Source of the DNA: an uncultured Clostridia bacterium
GTDB lineage: Bacteria > Bacillota > Clostridia > TANB77 > CAG-465
Length of the DNA: 64,000 nt
Direction: 5' to 3'
NCBI GenBank assembly: GCA_948562205.1
Contig: CAOYAN010000006.1
Coordinates: forward strand, 1,636-65,635
The notes under the pieces are model-generated. The model was not told the origin of the DNA and did not search any database. It was given only the letters and a program-made list of their open reading frames with translations. How positions within the stretch are numbered: position 1 is the stretch's first letter; each line of letters begins with the position of its first letter. Positions 1-9,781 of the stretch are shown here, in pieces. Position numbers and translations under genes: made by a program.

Positions 1-342
1 TCCTATAATATCAATATCTTCTTTTTTCTCATTTTCTTCTTTAAAAGCAAGAGATCCACTTTTGGCAATTGTCCCCAAATTTGTTTCAAGTTCATGCTCA
101 TTCATTCCACAACCATTATCAGATATTACAAGTTCTCTTGCCTCTTTATCAATATCTATGTTAATTTTTAAATCTGCACGATTTGTATTTACACTCTTAT
201 CAGTAAGGGAACGATAATATAGCTTGTCTATTGCATCACTAGCATTTGATATAAGCTCCCTTAAAAATATCTCTTTATTTGTATAAATTGAATTAATCAT
301 TAAATCAAGTAGTCTTTTAGACTCTGCCTTAAATTGTTTCAT
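1..342 (-). CDS. htpG: Molecular chaperone HtpG (Hsp90 family), N-terminal 114 codons; the rest lies beyond the window edge
   Basis: Reverse translation from ATG 342-340 gives [41 protein letters not shown]...ISDNGCGM...LGTIAKSGS. This is the GHKL ATP-binding N-domain signature of HtpG. It is absent from the ORF track because it is truncated by the window edge. Confidence 0.9.
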   Translation of the reverse strand, partial: MKQFKAESKRLLDLMINSIYTNKEIFLRELISNASDAIDKLYYRSLTDKSVNTNRADLKINIDIDKEARELVISDNGCGMNEHELETNLGTIAKSGSLAFKEENEKKEDIDIIG

Positions 343-492
343 TAATATTACCTTCTTTCAATAGTTCTTTTGAACTAATATGAATTATATACCTTTGAAT
401 TAGCAATGTCAAGGTAAGAGTGCTAATTTTAAAAATTTTATTTACTTACCTATAGAATATCTTATATTCTCATGAATTGAGAAGAAAAAAAT

Positions 493-521
493 TTGACAGC
501 TAGTAGAAAAAATGTTATAAT
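493..521 (+). promoter_or_regulatory. Consensus sigma-A promoter for a short plus-strand RNA
   Basis: TTGACA (493-498), 17-nt spacer, TATAAT (516-521). Confidence 0.6.
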
Positions 522-527
522 AAAGTT

Positions 528-592
528 ACAACGTTGTTAGTGATAAATTTCAAATAAGACGAGAAGGTAGCTGTAACTATCTTCTCTTTTTG
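528..592 (+). ncRNA. Candidate ~65-nt antisense (antitoxin-like) sRNA
   Basis: Starts about 7 nt after the -10. Ends in a hairpin AGAAGGTAG-CTGTAA-CTATCTTCT (562-585) followed by CTTTTTGT. Positions 539-560 repeat 707-731 in the same sense, so they are antisense to the translation start region of the minus-strand small ORF. Confidence 0.45.
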
Positions 593-627
593 TATATATT
601 CCTAAATTCTACATATAATAATATAAT

Positions 628-653
628 AGTAGTCTAGCTGTAACTAGACTACT
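628..653 (-). terminator. Perfect 10-bp hairpin 5 nt after the small-ORF stop
   Basis: AGTAGTCTAG-CTGTAA-CTAGACTACT. It shares the 12-nt core TAGCTGTAACTA with the hairpin at 562-585. The U-tract on the minus strand is AU-rich rather than a clean T-run. Confidence 0.4.
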
Positions 654-658
654 TCTCT

Positions 659-724
659 CTAATTCTTTTTTAATTCTTGAATAAGAATTATTAAAAGAAC
701 TATTAAAGTGATAAATTGATTCAA
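659..724 (-). CDS. 21-aa hydrophobic peptide, type I toxin-like
   Basis: GGAGG (737-733), 8 nt, then TTG start (724-722). The peptide is MNQFITLIVLLIILIQELKKN, ending at TAG 661-659. It is one TM-like helix plus a charged tail. It is below the ORF-track size cutoff, and the TTG start lowers confidence. Confidence 0.4.
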   Translation of the reverse strand: MNQFITLIVLLIILIQELKKN

Positions 725-760
725 ATAAGACACCTCCTCTCTTTTAGAGTTGGTGTTTTA

Positions 761-789
761 ATTATAACATTTTATGATTTATCTTTCAA
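761..789 (-). promoter_or_regulatory. Near-consensus promoter for the small-ORF transcript
   Basis: Minus strand: TTGAAA (789-784), 17-nt spacer, TATAAT (766-761). Confidence 0.55.
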
Positions 790-852
790 CATTTATTATT
801 ACTTTACTTCTTATAATATTCATACTATAATATATATTAGGTGATAATAAAA

Positions 853-1581
853 ATGAAACTTTCTATAAAAATCATTAAAAATATATCAAAAAATTCTAAT
901 CTATTATATAAAGACTTTAAAATAGATTTTAATTATAACTCAAATAAACTTGAAGGTAGTACTTTTAGCAAAGAAAATATATCTGTTTTACTAGAGCAGA
1001 AAAAAGTACTAGGTGAACATTTTGTAGATGATATAGTTGAAACTAAAAACTCATTAGAACTTTTTGATAATGTAATTAATTCACTTGAAGAGCCACTAGA
1101 TAAATACTTACTATGGGAATGGCATAGAATACTAAAAAAAGGTAGTGCTGACGATGAAATAGGAAATATTGGTAGATGGAAAAAATATTCTAATATGCTA
1201 ACAAATACTGATTTAAAGCTATGTGAGCCAAATCTTGTAGATAGTAGTATATATAATCTAATAGAAGATTTTAAAGAAAAAGAAAAAACTATTGAAAACA
1301 TAGCTGACTTTCATCAAAAATTTGAACATATACATCCATTTCAAGATGGTAATGGTAGAATTGGAAGATTTATAATCCTTAGACAATGTATAGAATATGG
1401 AATAGATTTAATTGCAATTGATAATAAATATAATAAAGAATATAGGGATGCTCTATATATTGCACAAACAACAAATAATTTAGAAAAATTAGTAAACATC
1501 TTTAAAAAATGCCAAAAAAGATTGGATGATAAATTACAAAAATACATTCCTTTTATAGAAGAAATTGAAAATAAAAAATAA
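853..1581 (+). CDS. Fic/DOC family protein (AMPylase-type Fic domain)
   Basis: Fic motif HPFQDGNGRIGR. The N-terminal SNKLEG matches the (S/T)xxxE(G/N) auto-inhibitory helix motif. AGGTGA sits 8 nt before ATG 853; the track ORF starts at GTG 841. Confidence 0.85.
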   Translation: MKLSIKIIKNISKNSNLLYKDFKIDFNYNSNKLEGSTFSKENISVLLEQKKVLGEHFVDDIVETKNSLELFDNVINSLEEPLDKYLLWEWHRILKKGSADDEIGNIGRWKKYSNMLTNTDLKLCEPNLVDSSIYNLIEDFKEKEKTIENIADFHQKFEHIHPFQDGNGRIGRFIILRQCIEYGIDLIAIDNKYNKEYRDALYIAQTTNNLEKLVNIFKKCQKRLDDKLQKYIPFIEEIENKK

Positions 1582-1597
1582 AGTATATATATATATT

Positions 1598-1628
1598 ATA
1601 CACTAGAAGCACTTCACTTCTAGTGTAT
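1598..1628. terminator. Bidirectional hairpin between the convergent fic and the 175-aa gene
   Basis: ATACACTAGAAG-CACTTCA-CTTCTAGTGTAT, a 12-bp perfect stem followed by CTCTTTTTATTT. Confidence 0.7.
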
Positions 1629-1634
1629 CTCTTT

Positions 1635-2162
1635 TTATTTGCAATTTTTGTAAAATCTATTTAATTCTTCAACACGCTCAATATACTGATAATTACTATT
1701 GCAAAAATCGTCTTTAGTTCCTTTATATGCTTTCAAATATTTTGTACCAAAACAATTCGTGTCAACTAAAACAATCATATTATGGAACTCGTACATTAAG
1801 CTTGACTCCCCATATTCTCTCATACTCAAAGGACATATAAATCCATTCTCTCTTGCAAAAGTTTCTAAAACATACATTACATTTATAGGATTGTTATACT
1901 CTCTTATAATCTTTAAAAACTCATCAAAAGAATAAAAACTCCTTTTTTCTCTTACATAGTCAATACCGAGCCCTTTATTTATAAATAGCCTATAAAATAA
2001 TTCTTCACTAGTATCTTTCCCATTATTTTTATACGTTACCCATAAAACTCTATTATGTTCTATCAAAATCTTTACTTCCCGCTCGAAATTACTTACATTT
2101 TTAAATGCATATGCTCTCTCCATTTTACATATCTTAGAAAAAATCTGTTCAAGTCTTGACAT
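1635..2162 (-). CDS. Hypothetical cytoplasmic protein (175 aa)
   Basis: Track ORF 1635-2228. The likely start is MSRLEQ at 2162, preceded by GAGAGGAAAGG. No family recognised. Confidence 0.6.
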   Translation of the reverse strand: MSRLEQIFSKICKMERAYAFKNVSNFEREVKILIEHNRVLWVTYKNNGKDTSEELFYRLFINKGLGIDYVREKRSFYSFDEFLKIIREYNNPINVMYVLETFARENGFICPLSMREYGESSLMYEFHNMIVLVDTNCFGTKYLKAYKGTKDDFCNSNYQYIERVEELNRFYKNCK

Positions 2163-2255
2163 ATTATTACCTTTCCTCTCTTTTTTATTTTCCATATAAT
2201 TATAATGGAAATTAGTTAATTTGTACATATATTATACAACTTTAATAATATGTTT

Positions 2256-3443
2256 TCAAGCTTTATTATTTTCTATTTCTTGTATAATTTTATCTACTAT
2301 ATTATCGCAAGCATTTTTGTCAATATATTTTTCTTGATTTTTTGTTATTTCTAATTGTAATTTTTTATCATTTAATAATTTATATGTATTTTCTACTACC
2401 TCGTCTATATTATTACTTTTAAGTGACATTTTTCTACTTGCAAAGAAATCTGCATTAATATTTTCACACCCTGGAATTGGCATTGTATGAACAAAAGGTT
2501 TTCTTAAAGTTGCTATTTCCGTAGTTGTAAGTCCTCCAGGTTTACTAAGTATTATATCACTACTTTTCATATACATACTTAAATTATTTGTATATGGTAA
2601 TGCAATAACCCCTTTATACTCTGTACTTAATTTTTCTAATAATTTATCATTTGTACCACATGATACAATAAATATTGCATTTTTTATTTTATCAAGTAAT
2701 TTATCTAACATTTCAGTAACATTTCCAAATCCCATACTACCAGTAAGTATAAGTATATATTTTTTATGAGTATCAAGTCCTAACTTTCTTCTACATTCAT
2801 TTACATCATATTTTTCACTATATTTTTTAGATACTGGTATTCCTAAAGGAAGTAATATTTCTTTTTTAAATCCTTTATCTAAAAAAGTTTTCTTAAGTTC
2901 AGTACTTGGTATTACAAAAAAATCTGGATTTGTCTCTTCCCAAAATGGAATACTTTCATAATCTGTTGCTATCTCCATAAAATGTATATTATTTGACTTT
3001 TTTATAGCTGTAAGAGTATGAGCTGGAAAAAGATGTGAAGTTACAACATAATCATATTCATTATCTTTAATATACTTATATAATTTATTACCATTTAAAC
3101 TATTTAATTCATATACTGGGGACTTTAAACTAGTCTTTTGGTATAATTTACCTAAATGATACACTGTTTTAAATACTTTTCCATTTCCATGAGTAGAATT
3201 TATATATAAATGATTAACTCTATCTTTAAGCTTTGGATTAGTAATGTCTAGATATTCTCTAAAATCTGCAACTACTCCTCTATCTAGTAAGCCCTCTTGT
3301 ATAGCAAAGGCAGCAGAGTTGTGTCCACCGCCTGTACCACAAGATAGAATTAAAACTTTTTTAGTATTATTTTCTTTTAATTTTATTTCATCTTTTATTT
3401 CTTTTTTACTATGATTTTTATTAATATTTTTTAATATATTCAT
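2256..3443 (-). CDS. GT28-family diacylglycerol glycosyltransferase (MGDG synthase/UgtP-like)
   Basis: N-terminal LILSCGTGGGHNSAA motif and C-terminal PGGLTTTE, typical of MGDG-synthase/UgtP-type GT-B enzymes. Confidence 0.75.
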   Translation of the reverse strand: MNILKNINKNHSKKEIKDEIKLKENNTKKVLILSCGTGGGHNSAAFAIQEGLLDRGVVADFREYLDITNPKLKDRVNHLYINSTHGNGKVFKTVYHLGKLYQKTSLKSPVYELNSLNGNKLYKYIKDNEYDYVVTSHLFPAHTLTAIKKSNNIHFMEIATDYESIPFWEETNPDFFVIPSTELKKTFLDKGFKKEILLPLGIPVSKKYSEKYDVNECRRKLGLDTHKKYILILTGSMGFGNVTEMLDKLLDKIKNAIFIVSCGTNDKLLEKLSTEYKGVIALPYTNNLSMYMKSSDIILSKPGGLTTTEIATLRKPFVHTMPIPGCENINADFFASRKMSLKSNNIDEVVENTYKLLNDKKLQLEITKNQEKYIDKNACDNIVDKIIQEIENNKA

Positions 3444-3460
3444 ATTTTACTCCTTAGTTT

Positions 3461-5215
3461 TTACGCTTTAGGAATTGTAACATAAAATGTTGTTCCAACA
3501 CCTGGTTTTGAATCAAAAGTTATATCTCCATTAAAATTACCTTTAATTACAGAATATGCAAGATATAGTCCAAGACCTGTACCAGATGTTCCTTTAGTAG
3601 TTAAAATATTTTTTAATATATATGGTTTTATATCTTCTGGAATGCCACCTGCAAAATCTGTTATTTTTATCATTGCCATATTATTTTTAGCACTACTTAC
3701 AACAACCTCAATTTTACCATGTTCTTTAGCTTTGTATGCTTGAGCTGCATTTACTATTAAATTTGTAAATACCTGTCCAAGTTTTGTAGGATCACCATTT
3801 ACATATATATCATCTTCTATATTTATCTCAATACTTGCTTTATTTTTTGTTACTTCATGATATGTTATTACTTTAACATCATTTAAAACATCACTTATTT
3901 TAAACTTTACTTTATTGTCAGTTCCAAGATTTCTTATCTGATTTCTCATACTATTTACAATATTTATTATCTTAGTTGAACAATTATCCATTCTATCTAT
4001 TATCTCTTTTTGCTCTGGTGTAATATTTGAACTAGAATTTAACATCATTATCCCTGTTTTTATAGCTGATATAGGTGTATTAATATCATGTGCTACACCA
4101 CCTGCAAGTTCACCAATAGATACAAGTTGACCTTGTTTTACGATAATATCTTGTTTTTCTTTTATTTCCTCTATATCTTTTTTATGTTGTGTAATATCTT
4201 TAAAAAGTAATAGAGTTCCAACAAATTGATTTTTATTCATATTTGCTTTTACTGATTGAATATCTACTTCAAAATACTTTTCTAATTTTCCAAATTTTAA
4301 ATGATATTCAACATCTATTTCTTTATCTTTTACTCTTGTTTTATTTATTATATCTTTTAATTTTTGAGTATCTAATATTTTTCTTTTTTCAATTATTTTA
4401 AATAAATTTTTCTCTTTTGTAAAATCTGCTACACTTGAAAACAGGTTCTTAAATGTTAAATTAAAATCTACTATTGATCCATCATCTGATATAACTACAA
4501 ATCCATCTGACATTATATTAGTGACTGTTTCTAAAGCTATTGGTGTTATATTTAGTGCCCTATATTTTATAATGGCAATAGAGTATAATACAAGTGTTAC
4601 AAAAAATAACATAGGAGTTACATATATTGATATATTTATAATTTTAGCAGTACCAAGCATATTTACAAGTAATGGAATTATACTTCCTACTATCATAAAC
4701 ATTGTCTGTTTTGTAAAAAAGCCAGATTTTTCAATCGATGTTTTAAGCATTTTTATTATAAATATAACTGCCAAAGTATATGAATATATCGTATTTACAT
4801 AAAACATAATTCCATATTCAGTATCTGTGAAATTTGTTGAATATACCTTGTAAAATAGATTATGAAAATCATTTGTCCAAAGTGATATAAGCGATATTAT
4901 TGGAATTAAGTATAATAAAGCCCACCATTTCTTCTTTTTTATATTTGTATCTTTATAATAAAAAGATAGTATTATTAATGTCGGAAATAGTAAACATATA
5001 CCTATATATGTAATATAATCAAAATATATAGGACCAATACTACTTCTATTTTCAATTGAGATTTTTTGAGCAAAAATTCCAGAACACCATATAGTCATTA
5101 AAATAAATAATATGGACATAATCTTTGCAAGTTTATTTTTCTTAAATCCTGTTCTTAACATTATTACAAGAATTATACTTGTAGCTATAGAACATAGTAA
5201 TAATATACTCTCCAT
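3461..5215 (-). CDS. Orphan sensor histidine kinase with N-terminal 7TM domain, PAS-like linker, HisKA and HATPase
   Basis: About 7 predicted TM helices in the first ~220 aa. H-box GGVAHDINTPISAI and G-boxes GTGLGLYLA. No response regulator is adjacent. Confidence 0.85.
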   Translation of the reverse strand: MESILLLCSIATSIILVIMLRTGFKKNKLAKIMSILFILMTIWCSGIFAQKISIENRSSIGPIYFDYITYIGICLLFPTLIILSFYYKDTNIKKKKWWALLYLIPIISLISLWTNDFHNLFYKVYSTNFTDTEYGIMFYVNTIYSYTLAVIFIIKMLKTSIEKSGFFTKQTMFMIVGSIIPLLVNMLGTAKIINISIYVTPMLFFVTLVLYSIAIIKYRALNITPIALETVTNIMSDGFVVISDDGSIVDFNLTFKNLFSSVADFTKEKNLFKIIEKRKILDTQKLKDIINKTRVKDKEIDVEYHLKFGKLEKYFEVDIQSVKANMNKNQFVGTLLLFKDITQHKKDIEEIKEKQDIIVKQGQLVSIGELAGGVAHDINTPISAIKTGIMMLNSSSNITPEQKEIIDRMDNCSTKIINIVNSMRNQIRNLGTDNKVKFKISDVLNDVKVITYHEVTKNKASIEINIEDDIYVNGDPTKLGQVFTNLIVNAAQAYKAKEHGKIEVVVSSAKNNMAMIKITDFAGGIPEDIKPYILKNILTTKGTSGTGLGLYLAYSVIKGNFNGDITFDSKPGVGTTFYVTIPKA

Positions 5216-5231
5216 ATTCTCCTCCTAATTT

Positions 5232-8200
5232 TTATTTTTTTATAAATCCAATTTCTCTTAAATAGTCTATATATTTTCTAATATACTCATTATCAATTTT
5301 AGGAAAACAAAATCCTAACTCTTTTAAATAACTTTGTGTATACTCTGATTTTACACTTACATTTGTTTTATAATTTAACATATTTTTTTCATTTAAATCA
5401 TTTACAATTCCATTTAAAATATCATTATTTTTAGAATGTGATATTTCCTCCACCATTTTTACAAAGCTTTCATCATCTATTATTTTTACATCTGTTCCTA
5501 ACTCTCTTAAAATCTTAATAAACATATCTATTTTTATATGATTATTATCATATAAATGGAAAATGTTATGATAGTTATTAAAATATTCACTAATTTTTAT
5601 AATTGCATCTGCACAACTATCTACTGGTGTAAACTCTATATCTATATCACTATTACTCACTGGAAAATATCCAATATCTATAAAGGTTTTAATCTTATTT
5701 GAAAAAGCATTATCACAAATATTATGTTGAAATTTAAGGTCGCTATATCTACCTGTTAAATTTCCAACTCTTAAAATATTTGCTTGTAAACCTTTTTTCA
5801 TATAATCTAGTACTGTCTCTTCTGCTTTAAATTTTGTATATACATATATATTATCTAAATTTTGTTTTTTATAGAAGCATGTTTCATCAAAATCTATAGT
5901 ATTATTAAATATTTCATTTGAATTCATCATTTCAAAACTATTTCCTGATACACTAATTGTAGATATATGAATAAGCTTTTTATTATTTTCAAAGCAAAAT
6001 TTTGCTATATTTTTTGTCCCATCAATATTTACTTTTTTAAAATAATCTGCATATCCATAATGCTTTACACAAGCAGCAGAGTGAATTACAAGATCAATAT
6101 TTTTTATTATTTCATCATATTTTTCCTTTTTAATTCCGAGATTTTCTTCTATGAAATTTCCTTGAAGTATAATGATTCGATTTCCTATCTCTAAATCATA
6201 TTTTTCTCCAAAGTAATAGTGTAATATCTCTAAAAATCTATCATTTGAATTTTTCTTATCTTTACTTCTTATAATACAATATATTTTACCTTTTTCATTT
6301 TTCATAAAACTATCTAATATATGCATTCCTAAAAATCCTGTAACACCTGTAAGCAAAATATTTTCTACACCAGATTTTTTTATCTTATCTTTTTTTACAG
6401 TTTTATTTTTTAGTAATATATCATTATAATCATTATAATCATCATAATTTTCTAAAATATTATCTTTATTCTCTTTTTTATTTCTTTTAATATAGCCTTC
6501 AAGCCCCTTTATACTTTGATATTTTAATAAATTTTTATATTCTATATGTATTCCATATGATAGTAATTCAATTTGAGCTTTAATAGCCATAAGAGAGTCT
6601 GCCCCCATCTCAAAAAATCTATCATTTATTCCAAAATCTTCTCTTCCTAAAACCTTAGCAAAAACTAAATATAAAGTTTCTTGCAATTTTGTTTTTGGTT
6701 TCTCTAAAATTTTAGTACTGTCAAAATCTACATCAAAACTAGATATTTTCTTTCTATCAATTTTTCCATTTAAAGTAAGTGGGAAATGCTCAAGCTCTTT
6801 ATATACTACTGGTATCATATATGTTGGTAATTTATTATATAAAAATTTTAATAAGTCGTTTTTATCTACTTTTTCGTTATTATCATTTTTTATATAATAA
6901 CATACCAAAAATCTATTTTCTTTTAATATAACTATTGCCTCTTTAATATTCTCATACATCTCTATATTTTTTTCTATATCTTCTAATTCTATTCTTTGTC
7001 CATTAAGCTTTACTTGTAGATCTACTCTATCTAGTACTGATAATTTAGAATTAAAATCTATTCTACCTAGATCCCCTGTAAGATATATTTTCTCTTTTAA
7101 TTTTTGGCTATATATATAATTTTTATCTGTTGCCTCTTTATTATCATAATAACCAAGAGATACACCCTCTCCTGATATTGCAATCTGTCCACTCACACCT
7201 ATTGGAAGTACTCTATTTTTTTTATCCAATATATATATTTTTGTGTTTGCTATAGGTCTTCCTGCAGACACTTTTAAACTATTTGTAATATCTTGTATTG
7301 TAGACCAAATAGTAGTCTCTGTTGGGCCATATACATCATATATACAAGCTTTAGTTATACTTTTTAATCTATCTACAAAATCTTTAGATACTCTCTCTCC
7401 ACCAAGTAATATTTTTTTCATTTTGTATATATACTCAGTTTTATTAAGTAGCATTTTTAACTTTGTTGGTGTTGTTTGAATTACAGTAACATCTAATTTT
7501 AAACATAGGCTATCTAATTTTTCACCATCTATACATTCTACTTCGTTTGCAAGTACAATTGTTGCTCCATTTACAAGTGGTAAAAATATTTCAAGTCCAA
7601 ATATATCAAAAGATATTGTAGTAATAGATACTATTTTATCACTACTGTTTATATTTAATTCTTCATTAATTCCATATACAAAATTTATAAGGTTTTTACT
7701 AGATACAAGCACTCCCTTAGGATTTCCAGTAGATCCTGATGTATAAATTAAATAACTTATATCACTATCTTCAAAAGGAATATTTAGATTATTTTTATTA
7801 TTTAAATTTTCACTACTATATAACTTTTCAAAGTCTATATATTCCAAATTTATTCCACAAAAATCAAAATTGCTTTCCTTATCTTTTATTCCAAAACTTG
7901 ACTTACTATTTTTTAATATATACTCTATTCTATCTTTTGGATAACTTATATCTATCGGTAAATATGTGGCTCTACATTTTAAAATTGCAAGAATTGTTAT
8001 AATAAGTTCTTCGCTTCTTTTCATCATTATTGGTATAATGTCATTTCTTTTAATTCCTATTTTTAATAAATAATTTGCAACAATATTTGCTTTTTTATTA
8101 AGTTCATTATATGTTATTTTTTTATTTTCAAATATTAATGCTATATTATCTTTGTTTTTTAATACTTGCTCTTCAAATAAATCAATAACTGATTTTTCTT

Positions 8201-9551
8201 TTGTATAAAATTTTTGTGTATTATTATAACTTTCAAGTAATTTTTTATCCTCAAAAGAAAGTATATTAATACTATCTACAGTTACATTAATATTATCTAA
8301 AAAATTTTCTATCATTGTAATTAATCTTAAATGTAAATATTTAATTTCTTCAAGACTAAATAATTCTTTTAGAAAATCATAATTTATTTCAAGTATTCCT
8401 GTATCATCCATGTCTAATATATGTATTTGTAAATCTTCCGCTTGTGTATTATTTGAGTACCATTTAGTTGAATAGATGGACTCTTCTTCATAATTTGCTT
8501 TTGCATTTTGGTATGATAATAATATGCTGTATAAATTCTCTTTTATATCGCTCTTACTTCTAATATCACTTAGTATACTATCATATGGAAAACTTTGATG
8601 CCTAAAACATGACATAGTATTACTAGCTATACTTTTTGCAAGATCTAATACTTTTATATTCTCTTCAATTTTTATTCTAATTGGAAGTGTTGCTATAAAC
8701 AATCCTATTATTTGTTTTTCTCTAAAATTTTTTCTATTTAGTGTCGGTGATCCTATTATAACATCATCTATATTTTTAGTTCTATATATATATACTGATA
8801 AAATTGTAAGAAATAAAATATATGGTGATATTTTATTCTCTTTACAAAATATAATTATTTTATCATTTATTATTTTATCTAATTTTACATTATATCTATT
8901 TGAATAATTAGAAATATTACTAGTTTTATCTTTTAATCTTACTACATTTGAAACCCCATCTAAATATTCTTTATAATATTTGCTATCTTTTATATATTTT
9001 TCACTTTTGCTATATGAATTTTGGAATTCAATAAACTCGATATAACTTGGATATGTAATGTTTTCCTCTACATTTTCTTTTACATTTGTATAAGTTTTAG
9101 TAAATTGTTCTATAATCTTAGAAAAACTCCAAGCATCAGATATTATATGATGTATTCTTAAAAGTACACTACCCTTTGTATTAGAGTATTTTAATATCTT
9201 AAATTCATATAATTTTTTACTAAACATATCAATCTTAGTATTTGCAATATTTTGAATATATTCTTCTATTTCTTGATTTGATAATGATGTCATATCAACT
9301 ACTTCTATTTTCTCATAATTATAATCCTTAATTATTTGATATACATCACTAGAATTCATGTAAATATTAATTCTCATTGCATCATTATTTTTTATAATTT
9401 CATTTATAGCTATATCACAAAACTTAATATCAAACTCTTTATTTATATTAATAATACCAGTTATCATATTTATACTAGTATCACTATACACTTTATCAAC
9501 TAAAAAAATATTTTTTTGTGGGAACGTTAAATCATACATCTTACTATCCAT
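5232..9551 (-). CDS. Single-module non-ribosomal peptide synthetase, C-A-T-R (terminal thioester reductase)
   Basis: C domain HHIISDAWS. A domain LIYTSGSTGNPKGV, YGPTETT, YLTGDLGR and LNGKIDRK. Carrier domain FFEMGADSLMAI. R domain LLTGVTGFLGMHIL plus YxxxK (YVYTKFKAE). Confidence 0.9.
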   Translation of the reverse strand: MDSKMYDLTFPQKNIFLVDKVYSDTSINMITGIININKEFDIKFCDIAINEIIKNNDAMRINIYMNSSDVYQIIKDYNYEKIEVVDMTSLSNQEIEEYIQNIANTKIDMFSKKLYEFKILKYSNTKGSVLLRIHHIISDAWSFSKIIEQFTKTYTNVKENVEENITYPSYIEFIEFQNSYSKSEKYIKDSKYYKEYLDGVSNVVRLKDKTSNISNYSNRYNVKLDKIINDKIIIFCKENKISPYILFLTILSVYIYRTKNIDDVIIGSPTLNRKNFREKQIIGLFIATLPIRIKIEENIKVLDLAKSIASNTMSCFRHQSFPYDSILSDIRSKSDIKENLYSILLSYQNAKANYEEESIYSTKWYSNNTQAEDLQIHILDMDDTGILEINYDFLKELFSLEEIKYLHLRLITMIENFLDNINVTVDSINILSFEDKKLLESYNNTQKFYTKEKSVIDLFEEQVLKNKDNIALIFENKKITYNELNKKANIVANYLLKIGIKRNDIIPIMMKRSEELIITILAILKCRATYLPIDISYPKDRIEYILKNSKSSFGIKDKESNFDFCGINLEYIDFEKLYSSENLNNKNNLNIPFEDSDISYLIYTSGSTGNPKGVLVSSKNLINFVYGINEELNINSSDKIVSITTISFDIFGLEIFLPLVNGATIVLANEVECIDGEKLDSLCLKLDVTVIQTTPTKLKMLLNKTEYIYKMKKILLGGERVSKDFVDRLKSITKACIYDVYGPTETTIWSTIQDITNSLKVSAGRPIANTKIYILDKKNRVLPIGVSGQIAISGEGVSLGYYDNKEATDKNYIYSQKLKEKIYLTGDLGRIDFNSKLSVLDRVDLQVKLNGQRIELEDIEKNIEMYENIKEAIVILKENRFLVCYYIKNDNNEKVDKNDLLKFLYNKLPTYMIPVVYKELEHFPLTLNGKIDRKKISSFDVDFDSTKILEKPKTKLQETLYLVFAKVLGREDFGINDRFFEMGADSLMAIKAQIELLSYGIHIEYKNLLKYQSIKGLEGYIKRNKKENKDNILENYDDYNDYNDILLKNKTVKKDKIKKSGVENILLTGVTGFLGMHILDSFMKNEKGKIYCIIRSKDKKNSNDRFLEILHYYFGEKYDLEIGNRIIILQGNFIEENLGIKKEKYDEIIKNIDLVIHSAACVKHYGYADYFKKVNIDGTKNIAKFCFENNKKLIHISTISVSGNSFEMMNSNEIFNNTIDFDETCFYKKQNLDNIYVYTKFKAEETVLDYMKKGLQANILRVGNLTGRYSDLKFQHNICDNAFSNKIKTFIDIGYFPVSNSDIDIEFTPVDSCADAIIKISEYFNNYHNIFHLYDNNHIKIDMFIKILRELGTDVKIIDDESFVKMVEEISHSKNNDILNGIVNDLNEKNMLNYKTNVSVKSEYTQSYLKELGFCFPKIDNEYIRKYIDYLREIGFIKK

Positions 9552-9708
9552 ATATATACCTCATTTCTAGCAAACACTTACGCTTAAAGTTAGTATATCA
9601 GAAATAAAAATTTTAATCAACTATTTTAGATATAAAAGAAATTGTAATAATTAGAAAAGGAGAAAAAAATATAATACAACTAAAATAATACATATTTCAA
9701 AATTTGAA

Positions 9709-9781
9709 CCAAAAAAATCAACTTTACAGTTGATAAGTTAGTTGGTGCCCTAACTAGACACGTTTTCGAAATCGTTAGGGC
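9709..9781 (-). promoter_or_regulatory. Structured element with a terminator-like hairpin in the long NRPS 5' region
   Basis: Minus strand: GCCCTAAC...GTTAGGGC (9781-9747). An overlapping alternative is AGTTAG/CTAACT. Then ATCAACT-GTAA-AGTTGAT (9734-9717) followed by TTTTTTT. It lies ~160 nt upstream of the NRPS start. Confidence 0.35.
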
